A stretch of 32,000 bases of DNA, from positions 1-32,000 of the forward strand of contig JAEOSH010000013.1 of NCBI GenBank assembly GCA_016840465.1. The letters are read 5' to 3'. Position numbers and translations under genes: made by a program. Below, piece after piece: positions 27,485-32,000 of the stretch. The DNA comes from Candidatus Baldrarchaeum yapensis (GTDB lineage Archaea > Asgardarchaeota > Baldrarchaeia > Baldrarchaeales > Baldrarchaeaceae). The first letter of the stretch is position 1; the number at the start of each line of letters is the position of its first letter. The notes under the pieces were generated by a model. It searched no databases. It was not told where the DNA came from and was given only the letters and a program-made list of their open reading frames with translations.

Positions 27485-28413
27485 ATGTGCGGAATTGCAG
27501 GATTGCTTTTCGCATCCGGATCGGGACCCGTTGGTGAGTACCTGATAACAATGCTCAGGGCTCTTCAGCATCGTGGCACGGACTCGACAGGGGCTGCCAT
27601 CTACAGGGATAATGGGAAATCTAGAGACCTGATACTGAGAGTTCTTGCCGAGGACGTGGTGGGGGCGCTTGCAAAGATATCATCCGCGATCGCCAGTGTC
27701 GGTGGAAACATAAGAAACGTGGAGATGAACGTTTCGATAAAGGAGGGATACGGTTACGACAGATACGAGGTCGCATATAACGGTAACATAAGGAGACTTG
27801 TGGAGGCGGTGGAAGGGACGAGGATTGCGAAGATAATAAGCGTAGGAAGATACGTGGAAATACTGAAGGATACTCTTCCGGTCGATGAGTTCAACTCCAC
27901 ATTCAAAGTTTTTAAGATGCAGGGAAGTCACGGACTCGGACATATCCGGTTCTCAACGGAGAGCCGAGTAGACCTCTTTCACGCACACCCATTCCAAGAC
28001 ATCGACAACCCTGATATCGTTGTTGTTCATAACGGCCAGATAACGAACTACTGGAAGATACGTAGAACCCTCGAAATGAAGGGCGTACGTTTCCTCACCG
28101 ACAACGACTCTGAACTAATAGTGCACTACATCGCTTACAAGATGAGCAAGGGAATGAACTTCGAGGACGCGCTAAAGTGTAGTATTCGGGAGCTGGACGG
28201 ACCATTTGCGTACATGATCGCAACACCTGATGCCCTCGGACTTGTGCGCGATAAGTTGGGACTACGCCCCTTAGTTATGGGAGTTAGTGAGGAGGTGCTG
28301 GTGGGGGCGAGTGAAGAGGGGGCATCCAAGCAATAGAGGCAATGTGCGGTTGTGAGTTCTCGAAGAAGTACTTAAGCCCAGGGGAGGTCGTGGTATGGCA
28401 TCTGAAAAGGTGA
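27485..28413 (+). pseudogene. glxB: Class II glutamine amidotransferase (GlxB/GltB1-like) with a -1 frameshift near its 3' end
   Basis: MCGIAG (Cys1), 'LQHRGTDSTG', 'GHIRFSTES', 'HAHPF', 'HNGQITNY', 'DNDSE', 'LDGPF', 'RDKLGLRPL'. The annotated frame stops at 28336, but the -1 frame after the G5 run at 28318-28322 gives IQAIEAMCGCEFSKKYLSPGEVVVWHLKR* ending at 28413. Confidence 0.8.
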
Positions 28414-28757
28414 TCACTGCAAGAGGAAGAAAAACGCGGGAGATAAACCGCATGATAAAGGAGTTCGTCAGGGAGGGAGTCGATAAGATAACGATACTCG
28501 ATCCCATGGGCATCGCCACCCAGGATCCGAGGTTACGGAGAAGACTGGACGTGGAAGTTGCAACAAGGAGGATCGAGAATTTGCTGAAGGCTATGATAAA
28601 GGAGATGTGCATGATCGCACAGCTGGCCGGGAAGACGAGTCCGCTAAATCTCGAAAAGGAGGATCTGAGGGCATTGACCGTGGATGCATCGGCGATCACC
28701 GGAGTGAAACTTGTGGGTTCGGAAAGCGTCGTGAACGGGGCGAATGGTTACGAATAA
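28395..28757 (+). pseudogene. Chimeric remnant: N-terminus of glutamate synthase GXGXG subunit (GlxC) joined in frame to the C-terminus of the FMN subunit (GlxD)
   Basis: aa 1-37 'ITARGRKTREINRMIK...ITILDP' resemble the GlxC start. The rest, 'MGIATQDPRLRRRLDV...KEDLRALTVDASAITGVKLVG', resembles the GlxD end. Confidence 0.8.
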
Positions 28758-28821
28758 TTCTGCAAAATCTTTATTCCCCCGTTACCTAATTTACCTCAAA
28801 CTGTGGTGAGGTAGCGGCTAG

Positions 28822-30009
28822 GTGAGTGAGGAGAGGTCCTTCGATGTAATTGTTGTTGGTGCCGGTCCAGCAGGAAGCATGGCAGCGCGGGAGGCGGCAA
28901 GGAGAGGGGTCAGGGTTCTCCTGATAGACAAGGAGAAATTTCCGAGGTACAAGGTGTGCGGCGGTGGGGTTGCCCCCTGGGTCATAAAGAAACTCTCAGT
29001 GCCATCCGATATCATTGAAAGGCATGCTAAGAGGATGGGCGTGTGCGCTCCGCCCTCCTACGAGGTCCTGGAGTTCGAAATGCCAACGGGATACTATCTC
29101 GTATTCAGGGATAAGTTCGATAACTACCTTTTGAAACTGGCGAGGGAGGCAGGAGCAAAGGTTCTGGAAGGCGTCAGGGTAACCGATGTGATCTTCGAGG
29201 GAGATCTCGTTAGAGGTGTGAAAACAACGCGCGGAGAGTTTGAAGCGAAGGTCGTGATAGCATGCGACGGGGCAACTTCCGTGGTGGCGAGGAGAGCCGG
29301 ATTTTGGGATAAATGGTTCACAGAAAAGGGAGAAAGTTGGGAGGAGCACATGGCGTTCTGCGTCCAGAGCGAAATTGCACTGGACGATGAGATCATCGAC
29401 AACAGAATAGGCAATAAGCTTATGTTCTTCGCGGGGTCGAGGGTTGCGCCTCTGGGTTATGGCTGGATCTTCCCCAAGAGGGGAATCGTATCCGTCGGTC
29501 TCGGAAGTGCTGTAGGGGAGTTTGAGGAGAAGCCCACCGAATATCTGAGGAGGTTCATAGAAGAACATCCGGTTGCGTCGAGGCTGCTGGAGGGTGGCAG
29601 GATCGTCAGGGCAAAGGGCTCATACGTGCCTTTCAAGCATACTTTTAAGCCAAGCTATGATAATGGGATTCTCGTGGCGGGGGACGCGTGCGGACATGTG
29701 TCACCAATAACAGGAGAGGGGATTTTCTACGCCGTCAGGGCGGGCATGATAGCCGGGGAGGTTGCGGCAGAGAGCATTAGGAGAGGAGACCAGTCTGCCA
29801 TGTTCCTGAGAGAATACGAGAAGCGGTGGCAACGGGTGATAGGTGTGCATCTTGATGTCCAGGCAAAAATATTTGAGGAGACTTATGCAAAACTCAAAGA
29901 GGTCGAACCCGAGGATGTCGATAAGTACTACGGGGAGGTTCTGAAGGAGGCGTTCCTCAAGTTCATACAGTACCTCTTGTCGTACATTTCGAGGAAAAGG
30001 AAAGGATGA
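28822..30009 (+). CDS. Geranylgeranyl reductase family FAD-dependent oxidoreductase
   Basis: 'DVIVVGAGPAGS', 'FPRYKVCGGG', 'FRDKFDNYL', 'IACDGATS', 'PLGYGWIFPK', 'VAGDACGHVSPITGEGI'. Confidence 0.93.
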   Translation: MSEERSFDVIVVGAGPAGSMAAREAARRGVRVLLIDKEKFPRYKVCGGGVAPWVIKKLSVPSDIIERHAKRMGVCAPPSYEVLEFEMPTGYYLVFRDKFDNYLLKLAREAGAKVLEGVRVTDVIFEGDLVRGVKTTRGEFEAKVVIACDGATSVVARRAGFWDKWFTEKGESWEEHMAFCVQSEIALDDEIIDNRIGNKLMFFAGSRVAPLGYGWIFPKRGIVSVGLGSAVGEFEEKPTEYLRRFIEEHPVASRLLEGGRIVRAKGSYVPFKHTFKPSYDNGILVAGDACGHVSPITGEGIFYAVRAGMIAGEVAAESIRRGDQSAMFLREYEKRWQRVIGVHLDVQAKIFEETYAKLKEVEPEDVDKYYGEVLKEAFLKFIQYLLSYISRKRKG

Positions 30010-30723
30010 CTAACTTGTCATCTCTCTAAGGATGTTCATCATCTGCCTTCCGTTTACTAGCATCCCGGTGTCGTTGTTGAAGAAGACGTAAATTCTCCTA
30101 GGATTTTTTGACAGCATCTGCTCCGCAACTTCCCTTAATTCCTCCTCGCTGTACACGTGCGAGTACCATGCGGTTCTGCCATGCATCCTAAGGTAAATCG
30201 TCCCGTTGATTGCAAAGATCCTCCGGGGGAGATCCGGCGCATCCACGGAAACTAACGTTATCCCGAGATCTTCCGCCCACTTCTCCCACCTTTCCGAAAA
30301 CCACTCAACATGCCTCCACTCGAGGGCAAACCTGTCACCCAATTCCGCCCTTGAGACGAATCTCTCTATTCTCGCAACATACGTCTCGGAGGGCTTAATA
30401 AACGGGGGTAGTTGAAAGAGGTAAAAATCGACCTTGGGGTCAAGCGGTTCAAAAAGATTCCTGAACTTTACCCATGTTTCAAACGCGCGGTTGCTCATCT
30501 TAAAAACGTGAGTTACGAACCTGTTGACCTTCACTGCCCATCGGAACGATTCAGGGGACTTCCTTGCCCACCCTAAAACCTGATTTTTGAACGGGAACCT
30601 GTAGTAACTAGCATTCAACTCGACGCAATTTAAACCGGAATTCTTTACATACCAGTCGAAAGTTCCTCCCTTGTTCCAGTGATACATCCACCCCGACGTT
30701 CCAACGTAAATTTTCATTGACAT
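30010..30723 (-). CDS. DUF72 (YecE-like) protein
   Basis: 'YVGTSGWMY', 'VELNASYYRFP', 'AVKVNRFVTH', 'LFQLPP', 'ALEWRH', 'YLRMHGR', 'YVFFNND'; GAAGGTGG SD before ATG 30723. Confidence 0.93.
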   Translation of the reverse strand: MSMKIYVGTSGWMYHWNKGGTFDWYVKNSGLNCVELNASYYRFPFKNQVLGWARKSPESFRWAVKVNRFVTHVFKMSNRAFETWVKFRNLFEPLDPKVDFYLFQLPPFIKPSETYVARIERFVSRAELGDRFALEWRHVEWFSERWEKWAEDLGITLVSVDAPDLPRRIFAINGTIYLRMHGRTAWYSHVYSEEELREVAEQMLSKNPRRIYVFFNNDTGMLVNGRQMMNILREMTS

Positions 30724-31018
30724 CGATTCCACCTTCTGAAATACGCCCCATTGCCCGCCAGCAACACACAATGCGGTGCGCTACCGATACACACACTTGA
30801 TTTTTGCCGTCATAAATGTTAAAGTTCCGGATTCCCGCCGACATGCAGTTACATGTCCGTAAAACTCTGAAGTGTTATGATACAAACATATTGAATTAAA
30901 TGTATATACGACGTCATATTACCGTATACCTGTGGAGTGTGGGCAGCCTCCACGCCGTTGGTAGCCACCCTCATGGGCAAATTATTTGATCCGAGGAAGT
31001 GATCAGGAGGGATCGGCA

Positions 31019-32000
31019 TTGCCGGAAGCCGCGCCACTTACAAGCAGTTTGGAGGTGCTTAAGAGCACGATCGATAGAAGACTTGTAAGATTCATACTAA
31101 GGAAACTTTCAGGGCGGTGCTCGAAAGACGAAAAGAGCAGGCTGGAGGTTGCACTGGAACTGTATACCGGTGTGAGGGACAAGGCGTGCTGGACGTGCAC
31201 CCACATAGTTGCGCCGATAGTCAGATGGGCGGTGAGCCGTGGAGGGAAAGCATTCGGGGTAAGCGATGAGCAGCTGAAGGAGAGGTTCAAGGACGTTTAC
31301 TGGCGTAGGGGGCTGGTCAACGTAATAAGGGGAATTGCGAAGTTTGGCGTTAGGAAACCGTTCACACCGGGCGCACCGTTCCTTGTTGTATGGAACTACA
31401 CTCAGATGTGTAACCTTCGGTGTAAGCACTGCTACGCATCTGCTGGAAAGCCCCATCCCAATGAACTGAACACCGAGGAGGCGAAGAATGTCGTTAAAGA
31501 ACTCGCAGACACCGGAGTGACAATAATAGCGTTTTCCGGGGGAGAACCACTTATCAGGAAGGACTTCTTCGAGGTCGCGCAACTAGCGCACGATTACGGA
31601 ATATTCACCGCAGTTGCCACGAATGGAACCCTGATCACCGAGGAGGTTGCTAAGAAGCTTAAGGACATAGGAATAGGCTACGTGCAGATAAGCCTGGATG
31701 GCGCGACCCCCGAAACTCACGATAGCTTCAGAGGTCTTAAGGGGGTTTACGAAAAAGTCATCCGCGCGATAAAGAACTGCGTGAAGCAGGAAGTGTTCGT
31801 GGAAGTTGCAACAACAGCCACGAAGCTGACCTACAAGGAAATTCCTGAGGTCATAGAGCTCTGTGAAAGGCTGGGCGTCAACTGGTGGATGATGTACAAC
31901 TTTGTGCCCACGGGCAGGGGGAGATTCATAATCGAGAACGATTTGAGCCCCGAGGAAAGGGAGGAGTTGCTGAGATTCCTATGGGAGAGACTGAGATCCG
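31019..32000 (+). CDS. Radical SAM protein (PqqE/NirJ/Ahb-like, possibly SPASM), runs off the window end
   Basis: Translated by hand from TTG 31019 behind an AGGAGGG SD: ...PFLVVWNYTQMCNLRCKHCYASAG...AFSGGEPLIRKDF...VATNGTLI...VQISLDGA...HDSFRG; not in the ORF track because it has no stop in the window. Confidence 0.92.
   Translation, partial: MPEAAPLTSSLEVLKSTIDRRLVRFILRKLSGRCSKDEKSRLEVALELYTGVRDKACWTCTHIVAPIVRWAVSRGGKAFGVSDEQLKERFKDVYWRRGLVNVIRGIAKFGVRKPFTPGAPFLVVWNYTQMCNLRCKHCYASAGKPHPNELNTEEAKNVVKELADTGVTIIAFSGGEPLIRKDFFEVAQLAHDYGIFTAVATNGTLITEEVAKKLKDIGIGYVQISLDGATPETHDSFRGLKGVYEKVIRAIKNCVKQEVFVEVATTATKLTYKEIPEVIELCERLGVNWWMMYNFVPTGRGRFIIENDLSPEEREELLRFLWERLRS

Noticed and set aside
1207-31582. 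Numerous 60-280 aa alternative-frame ORFs in the supplied track (e.g. 18458-19123, 26034-26867, 28996-29568, 31109-31582)
   Set aside because: They overlap well-supported genes in other frames or strands and show no recognisable motifs.

Overview
Archaeal chromosomal window: TATA/BRE promoters, GGAGG/GGTGA Shine-Dalgarno sites, a proteasome beta subunit and a geranylgeranyl reductase. It is probably from the TACK/Thermoproteota group, which is inference only. I found no rRNA, tRNA, CRISPR array, integrase or transposase. The left ~12 kb is compositionally distinct (lower GC in most samples, + strand C-rich). It carries a coiled-coil repeat/PD-(D/E)XK gene, a 7-gene membrane cluster (DUF4129/DUF4350/MoxR/DUF58/DUF1616-like) and a kinase + nucleotidyltransferase + flippase surface-glycan module, and is bordered by a truncated penicillin-acylase gene. 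The right part holds three radical SAM genes, a probably non-catalytic proteasome beta subunit, YkgJ, an aspartic protease and an AAA-nuclease. It also holds a metal/Fe-S neighbourhood (DUF5320, DtxR-like, DUF134, membrane-fused TrmO, NifB/NifX, Mrp/ApbC), two of whose promoters share a 16-bp palindromic operator. Further right are an RHH/PIN toxin-antitoxin pair split by a GC-rich structured element with a frameshifted toxin, LarA, a broken split glutamate-synthase (glxBCD-like) operon with an in-frame chimeric deletion, GGR and DUF72. Family names come from motif recognition, not database searches.
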